From IMG/VR virus record IMGVR_UViG_3300032303_002003, positions 68,904 to 132,903 of that record: a stretch of 64,000 nucleotides of DNA; one strand, given 5' to 3'. The DNA is from a virus (taxonomy: Duplodnaviria; Caudoviricetes). The position numbers and the translations under genes are program-made. Of this stretch, positions 10,177-20,540 are shown in pieces. The notes below the pieces were generated by a model. That model was not told where the DNA came from. It worked only from the letters and a program-made list of their open reading frames with translations, and did no database searches. Every line of letters begins with the position of its first letter. Within the stretch, counting starts at the first letter, position 1.

Positions 10177-10413
10177 ATGAAACTACAATTACTTGTGTTC
10201 AACACAACACTAAAAACAGTAAAACTTTATGAAAGTGACGAAGAATCTAAAATTCTTTTTCATTTTTCTAACATTCCAACAGTAAAAGTAAAAGAAGAAG
10301 GACAGTATTATGAAGTTATTCAAAAAGGTATTGATATGATGACTTCCGAAGAAAGAAGTCTTCCAATCGCAAGATTCCCTATCGCTAATACAAATATGCT
10401 TATTGAAAAATAA
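10177..10413 (+). CDS. hypothetical protein
   Basis: ORF downstream of TATCTTTG promoter (10058-10065). Confidence 0.65.
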   Translation: MKLQLLVFNTTLKTVKLYESDEESKILFHFSNIPTVKVKEEGQYYEVIQKGIDMMTSEERSLPIARFPIANTNMLIEK

Positions 10414-10595
10414 TGCCGAACTTTGAAAAAATATTGAATGAGAATATCTCTCACAGTATGATTCTTGATAGAGATGGGATTTTAAAGGCTCTCAAAATTT
10501 CATATGAAATTGGTAAAGTAGAGGCTTTAGAATCCCTCCTTTCTTTTGATATTTCCGCAGAATTAAAAGAAAAAATAATTAAGGAATTATATTAG
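10413..10595 (+). CDS. hypothetical protein
   Basis: Start overlaps upstream stop (TAATG). Confidence 0.6.
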   Translation: MPNFEKILNENISHSMILDRDGILKALKISYEIGKVEALESLLSFDISAELKEKIIKELY

Positions 10596-11179
10596 ATGAA
10601 ATTTCCGTAAAAATCCCACATTTTATTTGCTAGTTTTCTAATATTAGAATTAACATTATCAACTGAAACTTCTTTTCCCTTCGATTCCAGATATTTCATA
10701 GTGCCTCTAATCATCATACTTTTAACACTGTCAGCCATATCTAAAACTTGTTCAAACGCTTCTTTATCGGGTGGATTTTCCCCGTAGTACCTATCAATAT
10801 GTTCCCTACCTGCATAAAGTAATGGAGACGCCGCAAACATATTAGTAATTCCACTTTCTCTAACTTTCATAAGAAAATCTCTTACGTCTCTATGTTTAAA
10901 ATATTTTAATAAATCTCCATTATCCCTTAACCAATCTTCTGCGGACTCATCTATGTTCTTTTTTTTTACGTGTTTCCAAACATCGTAGTTTGATAAGATA
11001 GATAAACTACTTCCGTTGTCCCATTTTACGGTGAGAATTTTATTACCATCCTCAAATGGGTCATTTGCGATATGTGTAACAGTTCCTTCTGTACCGGGGT
11101 TAACTGTTGTCTCGCCTTCCATATGGTATAGAATAATTCTATCTCCAAGGTTTAATTCAGGATTTTTTGCACTTTTCAT
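10592..11179 (-). CDS. DUF4314-like plus DUF5049-like fusion protein
   Basis: GDRIILYHM...PGTEGTV...VKWDNGSSLSIL; then KVRESGITNMF. Confidence 0.6.
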   Translation of the reverse strand: MKSAKNPELNLGDRIILYHMEGETTVNPGTEGTVTHIANDPFEDGNKILTVKWDNGSSLSILSNYDVWKHVKKKNIDESAEDWLRDNGDLLKYFKHRDVRDFLMKVRESGITNMFAASPLLYAGREHIDRYYGENPPDKEAFEQVLDMADSVKSMMIRGTMKYLESKGKEVSVDNVNSNIRKLANKMWDFYGNFI

Positions 11180-11212
11180 AACAATAAATATTATAATTAT
11201 ATTTATATAAAT

Positions 11213-11833
11213 ATGAACTTTTTAATAACAGAAACACAATTAAAATTTTTAGTTGAAGGAATTTCAAGTCCAAGGGTTGTTGAATATTTGAGAAAGATGA
11301 ATTCATTCACAAATAGAATGGTTAATAAGGTTGGGAAAAAATACGGACTTAATTTAAGATTATTAACTACTTGGGGTCCTGCAGTTGGAGGACTTGTTAT
11401 GCCACTTGATAATTTTATTAGAACGGGTGAATTTAATTTGGATGATAATCAAATTGCATTAATATTATGTGGAGCGGCTGCCACATTATTTTTTGATAAT
11501 AAACCTTTAATGAGGGAATTGGTTAAAAAAATTAAAGAAGAGGGTATTGAGGACGCTTTTAAAGCGGTTTTACGTAAAGGAAAGGATTTGAAATATGCTT
11601 TTACAACATTTATTGAATCTTTAAATGTTACAATCAATAGTGCATCTGAAATATTATCTTACGCATTTTTATTACCAATTATTCCTGATATTCAAAGTAT
11701 GATTGCAAGAAGTGCTGACTTAACTAAAACGGCAACTTTAATTGGTGAAAGAATGGGTGCTTCGGGTTTGATTTTGATTAGTTCTGCGGCCCTTATATCA
11801 ATATTGAATAAAATATTAAAAAGATTATCTTAA
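11213..11833 (+). CDS. leader-bearing (LITETQ) protein with hydrophobic helices
   Basis: MNFLITETQLKFLVE; TATTTAT at 11200-11206. Confidence 0.7.
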   Translation: MNFLITETQLKFLVEGISSPRVVEYLRKMNSFTNRMVNKVGKKYGLNLRLLTTWGPAVGGLVMPLDNFIRTGEFNLDDNQIALILCGAAATLFFDNKPLMRELVKKIKEEGIEDAFKAVLRKGKDLKYAFTTFIESLNVTINSASEILSYAFLLPIIPDIQSMIARSADLTKTATLIGERMGASGLILISSAALISILNKILKRLS

Positions 11834-12825
11834 TTTCCAAAATTGGCAATTTTCTTTTTTAACTTATCAATATGTTTTTGCTTTAATCTGTGATTTTTTT
11901 TATTTTTTCTAAACCATTCATCCATCACAGATTCCAAACTTCTTTTTTCGGCTCTTGCTCTTCTCATAAATCCGTTGTATTGAGCTTCTAATTCGTGATG
12001 TTGAGTATAATAATCATAAGGTTTTTCTGGGTCTTCAGGAAATTCATAACCTCTTTCGTGTTGAATCATATGTGTTAATTCGTGAGTAAGGGTTTCATTT
12101 AATTCGCCTGTTAAATCTTGTAGGTATTCTCTACCTTCATTTGGATTGATTGTTATTGTAATTTTAATAATATCTTCATCTCTATAATAATCTGCGTCCA
12201 ATTCATATCCCGAAATAGATTCATCTTCAATAATATTTAATTCGACTGAAAATTCTGTATCTAATTGCGTAAAACTATATAACATATCCTCACCACTTAC
12301 ATCTTCGGGTAAGGAAAATTCTCCTTCTTGTCCAAACTTTAAAAATTGTATAATATCTGCGGTTATTTTTCTAACAACGCTGTCTAATTTACCTTCAACA
12401 ATTAAATTTTCGTTCATAGTTTCTTGTTCAGGGTACAAATTTACGACTTTATTGCAAAATACCAAATAATCTTGTCCCCAATATTGTAAAAAATTTTCTA
12501 AAATTACATCAACATCATTAGATAATCTCAAATAAAAAGTGGAATTATTCATAGAACTCGGATTGTTAATAACTTTTTCACCAGGTATTAGATTTTTCAT
12601 AACTTTATCAGTATCCGCATCTCCCGATGGAACTATGTAGATTGTATACATAAGATATTTAACATATTCCCCCCTCCTAATTAAACTCCTAAAATCTGTT
12701 AATTCAATTTTGATTGTTATTGGATAAAAATTATCAATTAAAGGATAATTAACACTAAATGTGTGAGTTTTAAGGAATTTATTAACTCTTGCCAATAACT
12801 TATCTTGTGAAAATTCATTTTCCAT
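11830..12825 (-). CDS. two-module protein with C-terminal zincin-like (HExxH) domain
   Basis: THELTHMIQH ... ELEAQ; linker MNENLIVE. Confidence 0.7.
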   Translation of the reverse strand: MENEFSQDKLLARVNKFLKTHTFSVNYPLIDNFYPITIKIELTDFRSLIRRGEYVKYLMYTIYIVPSGDADTDKVMKNLIPGEKVINNPSSMNNSTFYLRLSNDVDVILENFLQYWGQDYLVFCNKVVNLYPEQETMNENLIVEGKLDSVVRKITADIIQFLKFGQEGEFSLPEDVSGEDMLYSFTQLDTEFSVELNIIEDESISGYELDADYYRDEDIIKITITINPNEGREYLQDLTGELNETLTHELTHMIQHERGYEFPEDPEKPYDYYTQHHELEAQYNGFMRRARAEKRSLESVMDEWFRKNKKNHRLKQKHIDKLKKKIANFGN

Positions 12826-12908
12826 ATCACTATAAATACCGAAAAAATAATAAGTGTTTTAGTTGATTGAGATTTTTAATTTTCTTACTTTTTTAAAAAA
12901 TATATTGT

Positions 12909-13997
12909 ATGTCGAGAATAGATGAACTAAAAAAACAACACCCACAATTTAACATAAATTATTTTGATATTTTCAGGAGATTGGATATTTCAAAATCAGG
13001 TAAATATATGCCAGTAATATCACATATGGTTAATGAATCATTAAAAAAAAGGGTTGAGCACAGAAGTGAGTTAGATTCTGTAAAATCAAGATGTGATGAA
13101 TATGGATTTGATTATAAGGGACTTAATGAATATGAAATTATTGTTTCATATCTCATATTAGATTATGTTACTTCAAGAGATTGGGATATTATGAAAGAAT
13201 TTATGGAGTATATGGAAAGAGGGGTTATTGATAATAAGGATGTTTTAACATATAAAAATATGGAAGATGTTAGAGCGGCAGTATCATCATCAACCTTAAA
13301 ATTATATTCAAAAGAACTTCAAAATCAAATTCATAAAGAGTATGAAGATGAAACTTGGATTGCGGTTAGGCCACTTTCATTTGAAGCGTCTATGAAATAC
13401 GGAGCATCAACCAAATGGTGCACCACATACAAAAAAGAAAAAGAATATTTTGCAAAATATTTTTCAAGAGGTGTATTAGTTTATTTTATCAATAAAATTA
13501 CAGGTTATAAATTCGCATTATATAGTGAAGTTTATGAAGAAAATAACGATATTTCATTTTGGAATGCAGAAGACAGTAGAGTTGATTTTTTACAATTAGA
13601 TATTGATTCATATCTATTACCAATTATTAGAAATTTAGCAACTTGTAAGATAAAGAATAGTGAGATGTTGCATCCTGATGATTTAGATAAAGTTTTAGTT
13701 GATTGTCAATATTTTATATACAAAAGCAGTTTGGTGGAAGGAATAGATTTGGCAGAAGGGCCTATTCAACCGGTGGCGGGTATTACTATGAGATATGCCA
13801 ATAATGCTAATAATACTCTAACAATTAATCATCCCCCTTATCCTGATGATTACGAATATGAGGAGGTTGTTGGAGACGTTGAAGTATCGACGGCAACTCT
13901 TATACGACCAGCAGGTGATTACATAGTATACGGTAACCCAAATCAATTTAGAATAACAAGGACAGACGATGGTGAAGTTCAATTAACAAGTGCATAA
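12909..13997 (+). CDS. hypothetical protein with YGxxTKWCT motif (PcfJ-like)
   Basis: VRPLSFEASMKYGASTKWCTT motif typical of large-phage proteins. Confidence 0.6.
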   Translation: MSRIDELKKQHPQFNINYFDIFRRLDISKSGKYMPVISHMVNESLKKRVEHRSELDSVKSRCDEYGFDYKGLNEYEIIVSYLILDYVTSRDWDIMKEFMEYMERGVIDNKDVLTYKNMEDVRAAVSSSTLKLYSKELQNQIHKEYEDETWIAVRPLSFEASMKYGASTKWCTTYKKEKEYFAKYFSRGVLVYFINKITGYKFALYSEVYEENNDISFWNAEDSRVDFLQLDIDSYLLPIIRNLATCKIKNSEMLHPDDLDKVLVDCQYFIYKSSLVEGIDLAEGPIQPVAGITMRYANNANNTLTINHPPYPDDYEYEEVVGDVEVSTATLIRPAGDYIVYGNPNQFRITRTDDGEVQLTSA

Positions 13998-14026
13998 GTT
14001 TTAATTTTACCAGATATTTATTTCAT

Positions 14027-14794
14027 ATGCAAAATCTGCAAGAGCTATACGACAAATACCAAGTAACGGAAAAAAACATATCAACAGGTAATTTATCCCG
14101 ACTTGAAAAAACAATAACTGAATTAGATAAGTTAGATAAGGTGTTATTACTCGCCTGTTCCAACAGATATAATTGGAATAAGGATGACGTTGATATACCA
14201 AAATCAACAATTCTCGCTATGATAATTCAGGAAGCTCTTGGAGATAAAGCAACTCTAATAGATGTTCCTGAATTAACCATTCACCCTTGTGAAGGAAATG
14301 TTTCAAGAAAAGATGGTAACTCCTGTGGATTGAAAAAAGCGTTACTTAAAGATGATAAAAAAAATCCATCGGGATTTCACAGATGTTGGGCTAGTCTTAA
14401 TAATAGCGATGACGAACTTTGGAGAATTTCAAAAGAATTATTTGAATCAAACGCAGTTATATTTTTTACTTCCGTAAGATGGGGACAAGCAAGTATGTTC
14501 TACCAAAAACTTATTGAGAGATTAACTTGGATTGAAAATAGACACGACACTCTTGGTGAATCAAATATAATTAAAGATATTGAAAGTGGTTTTATCTGTA
14601 CAGGACAAAACTGGCACGGGTTAGATGTTGTTGAAACTCAAAGAAAAGTTCATTCTTTTTATGGTTTCAAACCTAACGATAAGTTTTATTGGAATTGGCA
14701 ATACACAAGTAAAGTTACTGATGAAACACAAACATCTTACAAAGATTCATTTGGCGCTTTCGCCAAAAAGTTTGGATTGGATAAGTTATATTAA
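14027..14794 (+). CDS. flavodoxin-fold NAD(P)H-dependent FMN reductase / iron-sulfur flavoprotein-like
   Basis: VLLLACSNR, IHPCEGNVS..C..RCW, AVIFFTSVRWG, QKLIERL. Confidence 0.75.
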   Translation: MQNLQELYDKYQVTEKNISTGNLSRLEKTITELDKLDKVLLLACSNRYNWNKDDVDIPKSTILAMIIQEALGDKATLIDVPELTIHPCEGNVSRKDGNSCGLKKALLKDDKKNPSGFHRCWASLNNSDDELWRISKELFESNAVIFFTSVRWGQASMFYQKLIERLTWIENRHDTLGESNIIKDIESGFICTGQNWHGLDVVETQRKVHSFYGFKPNDKFYWNWQYTSKVTDETQTSYKDSFGAFAKKFGLDKLY

Positions 14795-14804
14795 GCCAAC
14801 GAAT

Positions 14805-15197
14805 TTACCACGCCCTACAGCTCCAAAATTTTGGTTTCCAACGAGGTCCTGGATTTTGGCAGTTATGTCTTGCTCTAAATGACTTTCTTCTTGCAGGATT
14901 GTTCTTTTTAATAGTCATTCTTTTTCCGTGTGCTGATTTACCACCAAACCCGAAATTAACTTTGACTACATTTCCTTTGTCGTTCTTAACATACACTTTC
15001 GATTTTTTAACATCGCCCTGCATAACCTTACCTAACTGAACTTTTCTACCCCTATATTCCGCTTCATTCAAATTATTATCATCGGCAATAAAATCTGTTA
15101 TTTCCACAGAACCATATTCATCTTCATAGATGATATTTTCTCTTTCTTTAATTATATTATTTAACGCTTCTCTAATAATAAACTTTAAATTCTCCAT
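14805..15197 (-). CDS. conserved phage protein (DUF6321-like, SFRARHxC motif)
   Basis: LNEAEYRGRKV...VYVKN..GNVVKVNFG...RRKSFRARHNC...WSCRAW. Confidence 0.7.
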   Translation of the reverse strand: MENLKFIIREALNNIIKERENIIYEDEYGSVEITDFIADDNNLNEAEYRGRKVQLGKVMQGDVKKSKVYVKNDKGNVVKVNFGFGGKSAHGKRMTIKKNNPARRKSFRARHNCQNPGPRWKPKFWSCRAW

Positions 15198-15237
15198 ATA
15201 GTGTATTTTCTAAATAAATACTTCTATATTTCACAAT

Positions 15238-15435
15238 ATGAAATCATTTTTAGTATTATTAGTTTTAATTGGTAAACTTTATTTAGGTGCAAGAATAATG
15301 TGGTGGGTTTTTTTAAAATTCACAACACCAGAATTACACAATTTTAACGAAATTGATGTTTATGTCGTTCTTTTGATTTTTGACATATGGATTGGAGGTC
15401 AATCTGTGGAAATTGAGAAAATAAAAGAAAATTAG
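15238..15435 (+). CDS. small membrane protein
   Basis: Two hydrophobic segments, directly upstream of endolysin. Confidence 0.55.
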   Translation: MKSFLVLLVLIGKLYLGARIMWWVFLKFTTPELHNFNEIDVYVVLLIFDIWIGGQSVEIEKIKEN

Positions 15436-15492
15436 TATCTCCTTTTAATAACTTAAATACTTATAGTTAAATAAACACACAATTATAATAAA

Positions 15493-16308
15493 ATGTTATT
15501 AAAAAAAGGCTCACAAGGAGAAGAAGTTAAAAAAATTCAACAAAAGTTGGGTTTGGTTGCCGATGGAATATTTGGTTCAGGCACCGAACAGGCTGTAAAA
15601 ACCTGGCAATCACAACACGGATTGATAAACGATGGTGTTATTGGAACTAACACTTGGGATAAGATGTTTCCAAAAGTAATTGGTGAACCGGCACCCGCTC
15701 CTGTGTCGTCAGGTTCATTAAAATTTGAAAGTTTAAGAGATTATATTCCCGCAAATGTATTGGCACAAATTCCCGATACAATTACAAAATTTGGAATTAA
15801 CACACCTTTAAGACTTGCACACTTTTTATCACAATGCGCTCACGAATCAGGTAAATTTAAGGTTGCAGAGGAAAATCTTAACTATTCTGCAGATGGATTA
15901 AAGAAAATTTTCACAAAATATTTTCCGGGTAATTTGGCAGAATCTTATGCAAGACAACCTGAAAAAATCGCTTCAAGAGTTTATGGTGCTAGAATGGGTA
16001 ATGGCGATGAAACAACAAAAGAAGGCTATAAATTCCGTGGAAGAGGGTATATCCAATTAACTGGTAAAGATAATTATAAATCATTTGGGCAATCTATAAA
16101 TGAGGATATTATTTCTAATCCGGATTTAGTTGCCTCAAAATATCCATTACTTTCAGCCGCTTGGTTCTTCCAAAGATGTTTAACAAAATGTGATGTAGGT
16201 GCAACTAGAGATGGTGTTATTGCGGTAACTAAATGTGTAAATGGAGGAACTAATGGGTTAAATGAACGTATTGAATATTTTAACCAATTTTATAAATTAC
16301 TATCTTAA
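15493..16308 (+). CDS. modular endolysin: PG_binding_1 plus glycoside hydrolase family 19
   Basis: DGIFGSGTEQAVK..Q..HGL..DGVIG; AHFLSQCAHES, ENLNYS, FRGRGYIQLTGKDNY, VNGGTNGLNER. Confidence 0.9.
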   Translation: MLLKKGSQGEEVKKIQQKLGLVADGIFGSGTEQAVKTWQSQHGLINDGVIGTNTWDKMFPKVIGEPAPAPVSSGSLKFESLRDYIPANVLAQIPDTITKFGINTPLRLAHFLSQCAHESGKFKVAEENLNYSADGLKKIFTKYFPGNLAESYARQPEKIASRVYGARMGNGDETTKEGYKFRGRGYIQLTGKDNYKSFGQSINEDIISNPDLVASKYPLLSAAWFFQRCLTKCDVGATRDGVIAVTKCVNGGTNGLNERIEYFNQFYKLLS

Positions 16309-16345
16309 AGTCCAATCAAAACTGCCTTCTCATATATTTATTGTT

Positions 16346-17062
16346 ATGAATTACAAAAAAATATATGATGACTTAATGTCTACAAGAATTCTCTTAAAAC
16401 CGCAACGAATCAAACAGAAAAGTTGTGGTTTTTATTTTGAGGGACATCACATAATACCTAAATGGATGGGCGGTTCGGGAAATAGTAATAGACCAAAAAA
16501 TAATCCTAATATTGTTCTTTTAACCGCAAGGGAACATTTTTTATCTCATTGGTTATTATGGAGAATATATAGGAATAGACCATCTTCTTTAGCATTTCAT
16601 AGAATGATTTCTCGCAACGGAAATCAAACTCGAATTACATCTTCCAGAGGATATGAAGAGGCTAGAGAATCTTACAGAATTACAAACTTGGGTAACAAAT
16701 ACGGGTTGGATAAAAAAAGGATAGTCTCAGAAGAGCAAAAGAAAAAACAATCAGAAATGATGAAAGGTAAGTATGATGGTGAAAAAAACCCTTTTTTTGG
16801 TAAAAAACACAACGACATTACTAAAGAAAAAATAAGAAAAAGTAGAGTTGATAAAAAAAAGGATAAAATTTGGAATTATTTTGGGAAAAGAATCTTATTA
16901 AAAAATAATTTAGTTGTTGGAATATTTGAAACATCTGATGAAATTGCTGATTTCATAGGATGTAGTAAGGGTAATGTTCGTCACGTTTTATCAGGAAATC
17001 AAAAAACTGCAAAGGGATATGTTATTAAATACTTAAAAGAATATTACGATTTATTGAAGTAA
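16346..17062 (+). CDS. HNH homing endonuclease with NUMOD3/NUMOD1-type DNA-binding motifs
   Basis: EGHHIIPKWMGGS...NIVLLTAREHFLSH; NPFFGKKH; start moved to MNYKK (TATTTAT at 16335-16341). Confidence 0.85.
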   Translation: MNYKKIYDDLMSTRILLKPQRIKQKSCGFYFEGHHIIPKWMGGSGNSNRPKNNPNIVLLTAREHFLSHWLLWRIYRNRPSSLAFHRMISRNGNQTRITSSRGYEEARESYRITNLGNKYGLDKKRIVSEEQKKKQSEMMKGKYDGEKNPFFGKKHNDITKEKIRKSRVDKKKDKIWNYFGKRILLKNNLVVGIFETSDEIADFIGCSKGNVRHVLSGNQKTAKGYVIKYLKEYYDLLK

Positions 17063-17140
17063 AAACTTGATTTTATAAAAAAAATGTGATATTTATTTCT
17101 TACATCACTCCTTTTTGAGAGTGTCTCATATATCAATCCT

Positions 17141-17181
17141 AAAAGACTCGCAAAAATAATTTTGACGAGTCTTTTTTTTTT
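17141..17181 (+). terminator. intrinsic terminator
   Basis: AAGACTCG...CGAGTCTT followed by a long T run. Confidence 0.7.
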
Positions 17182-17209
17182 ATTATCTTTGTTGTAAAAT
17201 AAATGTTAT

Positions 17210-18100
17210 ATGCCATTATTACAAAAACCAACCAACATTTACCACACGGGTGAACAAAATACTGCAAGTTCAAAAGATTCTTGGATGAATGAGTTTGAGG
17301 ATATGTTTAAGACAGAACTTGGTGAGAAAGTTGTTGAAGAAACCTTAAAACAAGATAAGATACAAGAGTTTGTAGAACCGGTAAAAGTAATTGAACCAAC
17401 TATTGACGAACTTACATACGAACAAAAAATGGAGTTTGTTAAAAAATTCGCAAAAGAATTTAATTTGGAATTCACGATGAAAGTCACGCCTTCTATACCT
17501 GTAAATTCAACTCCCTCTGTAACCCCAACTATTGAGCCTGTAAAAGAAGAGGAAGTAATTGAACCTGAACCAATTAAAGAAGAAGTTAAGGTTGAAACTC
17601 CAAAACAAACGGAAAAGCCGATTACCTTTAATTTTGAAAAACCTGAAGGGTGGAACAAGAAAAGAAATAGAATGAGTTTTTCTAAAGTTTTTTTTAACGG
17701 ATTATTCGGTATTGATATGGACCCAGCTGATTTTAGAAGATATGAGAAATTTATGGATAATTTTAAACCAGTACTTATTATTTTATTAATTGCGGGACTT
17801 GTTATTTCAGGTTATTACTTTAAGGTTGATGATAAAAACACAGGAAAAAAAGTAACACTTATTGATAGGACTTTTAATTTTTGTGTTGATACGTATGATA
17901 AATGGACAGGAAGAGATAAAAAATATAACCCTACTGATACAATAAAAGTTTATAATCAGGACACACCTGTAACCGAAACATTTAATATTAACTATCAACC
18001 ATATTATCTTGATTCACTTAATAAAATAGATACAACTAAAATAGATACCACTCAAACTTCAAGTGATTGGGAAAAAGAATATCAACAATTAAATAATTAA
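17210..18100 (+). CDS. single-pass membrane hypothetical protein
   Basis: VLIILLIAGLVISGYYF; TATCTTTG promoter upstream. Confidence 0.65.
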   Translation: MPLLQKPTNIYHTGEQNTASSKDSWMNEFEDMFKTELGEKVVEETLKQDKIQEFVEPVKVIEPTIDELTYEQKMEFVKKFAKEFNLEFTMKVTPSIPVNSTPSVTPTIEPVKEEEVIEPEPIKEEVKVETPKQTEKPITFNFEKPEGWNKKRNRMSFSKVFFNGLFGIDMDPADFRRYEKFMDNFKPVLIILLIAGLVISGYYFKVDDKNTGKKVTLIDRTFNFCVDTYDKWTGRDKKYNPTDTIKVYNQDTPVTETFNINYQPYYLDSLNKIDTTKIDTTQTSSDWEKEYQQLNN

Positions 18101-18104
18101 ACAT

Positions 18105-18617
18105 ATGAAAAAATTTATAAAATCTTTAACTAATTTTTGGACTTTTAGAAAAGTAATTTGGAATTTCAGGTGGTGGGATTACTCCTTCACTTTGGATGTG
18201 CTAAAAGTTTGTCTAAAAGAAATGTCCAATAATCTTGAAACAAAAGGTATTGAGGTTGATGCTCCAAGAATTAAAAAAGTTGAAAAGATGAGAAGAGCAA
18301 TTGAGATTATGAATAATATGAAAGGTGTTACTCATATTGAAATGGCGGAAAAAGAACTTGGTGAGTTATTTATTGAACCGTTTGAATTTAAACCCTCCGA
18401 ATCACACCCCGGTTCATTTGAATTAGTTGATAATAAAAAACCTGAACAAAAAGAACATAATAATAAAGTTTATGCAAGAGCTCGTGAAATAGAAGAACAA
18501 GAATGGGCGGAACTTTGGGAGATATTCAAAGGACAAAACAACTCCGAGTATGATTGTGAAAAACAAGATTGGAATGATTGGTTTGACGGGACGGGAGCCC
18601 GCGGATGGTGGGATTAG
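18105..18617 (+). CDS. hypothetical protein (Trp-rich, ends RGWWD)
   Basis: ORF track, operon context. Confidence 0.7.
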   Translation: MKKFIKSLTNFWTFRKVIWNFRWWDYSFTLDVLKVCLKEMSNNLETKGIEVDAPRIKKVEKMRRAIEIMNNMKGVTHIEMAEKELGELFIEPFEFKPSESHPGSFELVDNKKPEQKEHNNKVYARAREIEEQEWAELWEIFKGQNNSEYDCEKQDWNDWFDGTGARGWWD

Positions 18618-18636
18618 AATTAAAAAAATTTATAAT

Positions 18637-18792
18637 ATGTGGATAATATATTTAGTAATGTTTGTTATTACAGCGATTATTTCCTATCTTTGGACAATAG
18701 GAATTGATAAAATGAAGGATAAACACCCTGACTATAAGGGTGATGACTTTTTAAATTTTGAAGAAGATGAAGACTATAAAATTCATAAGTGA
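18637..18792 (+). CDS. small membrane protein
   Basis: MWIIYLVMFVITAIISYLWTIGIDKMKDKHPDYKGDDF. Confidence 0.6.
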   Translation: MWIIYLVMFVITAIISYLWTIGIDKMKDKHPDYKGDDFLNFEEDEDYKIHK

Positions 18793-19444
18793 TACTCACG
18801 GAAAACACGAATATCTCACAAGTAAGGGTATGGGAAACATTTTAGGTAGTGGCGATATTCTAGTTCACTGCGGAGATGTAACTAATATGGGAAGAAGTCA
18901 CGAAATCAAGGAATTTTTAGATTGGTTCAGTAACACACCATTTACTCACAAGGTATTTATCGCAGGAAACCACGATTTTGGATTCCAATATGCAGATACA
19001 ATTGCACCTGAATATATTGAGAAAGGTGTTCATTACCTTTTTGATAGTAGTGTTGAAATTGATGGGATAAAATTTTATGGTAGTCCTTGGCAACCTGAAT
19101 TTTATGATTGGGCGTTTAATCTTCCAAGAGGAGAAAAACTTGCCGAAAAGTGGGCTAAAATACCGGGTAATACTGATATTCTTATAACTCACGGACCGGC
19201 ATTTAGAATGTTAGACCACACCATAAGTGGGCAAATGGTTGGGGATGAAGATTTATTTAACAGAATTATGGAAATTCAACCAAAAATCCACGCTTGTGGG
19301 CACATCCACTGGGCTTACGGACAAAAGAGTTTTAATGATGTTGATTTTATAAATGCTTCCGTTCTTAATGAAAGATATGAACACGAAAACAAACCTATTG
19401 TTGTTAATTTTGATGAAAACACCAAATTATTTGATTACATTTAA
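18767..19444 (+). CDS. calcineurin-like metallophosphoesterase (MPPED-like)
   Basis: SDTH, HCGD, GNHD, THGP, GHIH motifs. Confidence 0.9.
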   Translation: MKTIKFISDTHGKHEYLTSKGMGNILGSGDILVHCGDVTNMGRSHEIKEFLDWFSNTPFTHKVFIAGNHDFGFQYADTIAPEYIEKGVHYLFDSSVEIDGIKFYGSPWQPEFYDWAFNLPRGEKLAEKWAKIPGNTDILITHGPAFRMLDHTISGQMVGDEDLFNRIMEIQPKIHACGHIHWAYGQKSFNDVDFINASVLNERYEHENKPIVVNFDENTKLFDYI

Positions 19445-19455
19445 AAAAAATTAAA

Positions 19456-19638
19456 ATGAAAACATTAAAAGCATTAAAAAATTGGATTAAGGGTTATAGA
19501 TTACACCCAAAAGAAGCCAGAAGAATTGAAGACTTATGGAATAACATTAAAATTGGTTTTTTTACTATTTTATTTATTCTAATTATTATTTGGTTATTAT
19601 CTGGTTTTGGATTTTTTGATACTAAACTAGGATATTAA
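19456..19638 (+). CDS. small membrane protein
   Basis: C-terminal hydrophobic helix. Confidence 0.55.
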   Translation: MKTLKALKNWIKGYRLHPKEARRIEDLWNNIKIGFFTILFILIIIWLLSGFGFFDTKLGY

Positions 19639-19645
19639 ATTAAAA

Positions 19646-19852
19646 ATGACACCACAGGAGGCGTATAAAAACTATTACAGATATTGTAGAGATACGGAAA
19701 CTTGGACTTCTGATTTTATTAGACATAATCTCAAAAAGAGTTATATTGACTATGAGGAGTTTAATTTTGAGGAGTTCAAAGATAAGATATTAACTGATGA
19801 TAAGTTTAATGAGCGGTGGGGTAATGGATGTAGGGAAAAATTAAAAAAATAA
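19646..19852 (+). CDS. hypothetical protein
   Basis: ORF track; FEEFKDKILTDDKFNERWG resembles the thyA insertion. Confidence 0.6.
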   Translation: MTPQEAYKNYYRYCRDTETWTSDFIRHNLKKSYIDYEEFNFEEFKDKILTDDKFNERWGNGCREKLKK

Positions 19853-19856
19853 GATT

Positions 19857-20324
19857 ATGAATAAAAAATTTAGAGAACATAGACCAGGATATTTTTCAGG
19901 TTTTGAGAATCAAACATATGATGTTAAAGATTTTAATGAAGTATTAGAAATACCGTTTGTTAAAAAATTTTCAGAAGATAAAGGATTCTATTCTTATGCG
20001 GTGAGTGTTAATACCGAACCTGAATATAAATTAACTCTTATGGCGTTATATAATTGGGATGATGAATATAATGGTTGTAAAACTTGGTGGGTTGTTGGTT
20101 ACTTACCTGGATTCATAATGTACGAAACAAAATTAAAAGAATACGAAGATTTAATTTGCGGACATAAACCAAACTGTTGGACCAGAAAATATATCGGTAA
20201 TAAAGATATGTTAGGTATGAATAGACCTGAAGAAAGTAAAATGAAAATTTTAAAAGAATTGGGATGGGAAAGAGATGACCCATTTGGTATTGCAAATTAT
20301 TGTAATTGTGGATTAAAAAAATAG
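19857..20324 (+). CDS. hypothetical protein
   Basis: ORF track, operon context. Confidence 0.65.
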   Translation: MNKKFREHRPGYFSGFENQTYDVKDFNEVLEIPFVKKFSEDKGFYSYAVSVNTEPEYKLTLMALYNWDDEYNGCKTWWVVGYLPGFIMYETKLKEYEDLICGHKPNCWTRKYIGNKDMLGMNRPEESKMKILKELGWERDDPFGIANYCNCGLKK

Positions 20325-20330
20325 AAAGTT

Positions 20331-20534
20331 ATGAATTTTGGAACAAATGGATGCATGTATAACTGTGGTGATAGTTGTACAGGAGAATGTATAGAACCTA
20401 TAAAACCTATGAGTAAGAAACAAAATGCAAGAATCCTAACAGATTTATTAGAATATCTTAAAGAAGAACATTCAAATCTTCCAACACACGTTTTTGAAGT
20501 ATTAGGTGAAGTAATATATGATTTAAAAAAATAG
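20331..20534 (+). CDS. small Cys-rich protein
   Basis: CMYNCGDSCTGEC. Confidence 0.55.
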   Translation: MNFGTNGCMYNCGDSCTGECIEPIKPMSKKQNARILTDLLEYLKEEHSNLPTHVFEVLGEVIYDLKK

Positions 20535-20540
20535 AAAGTT

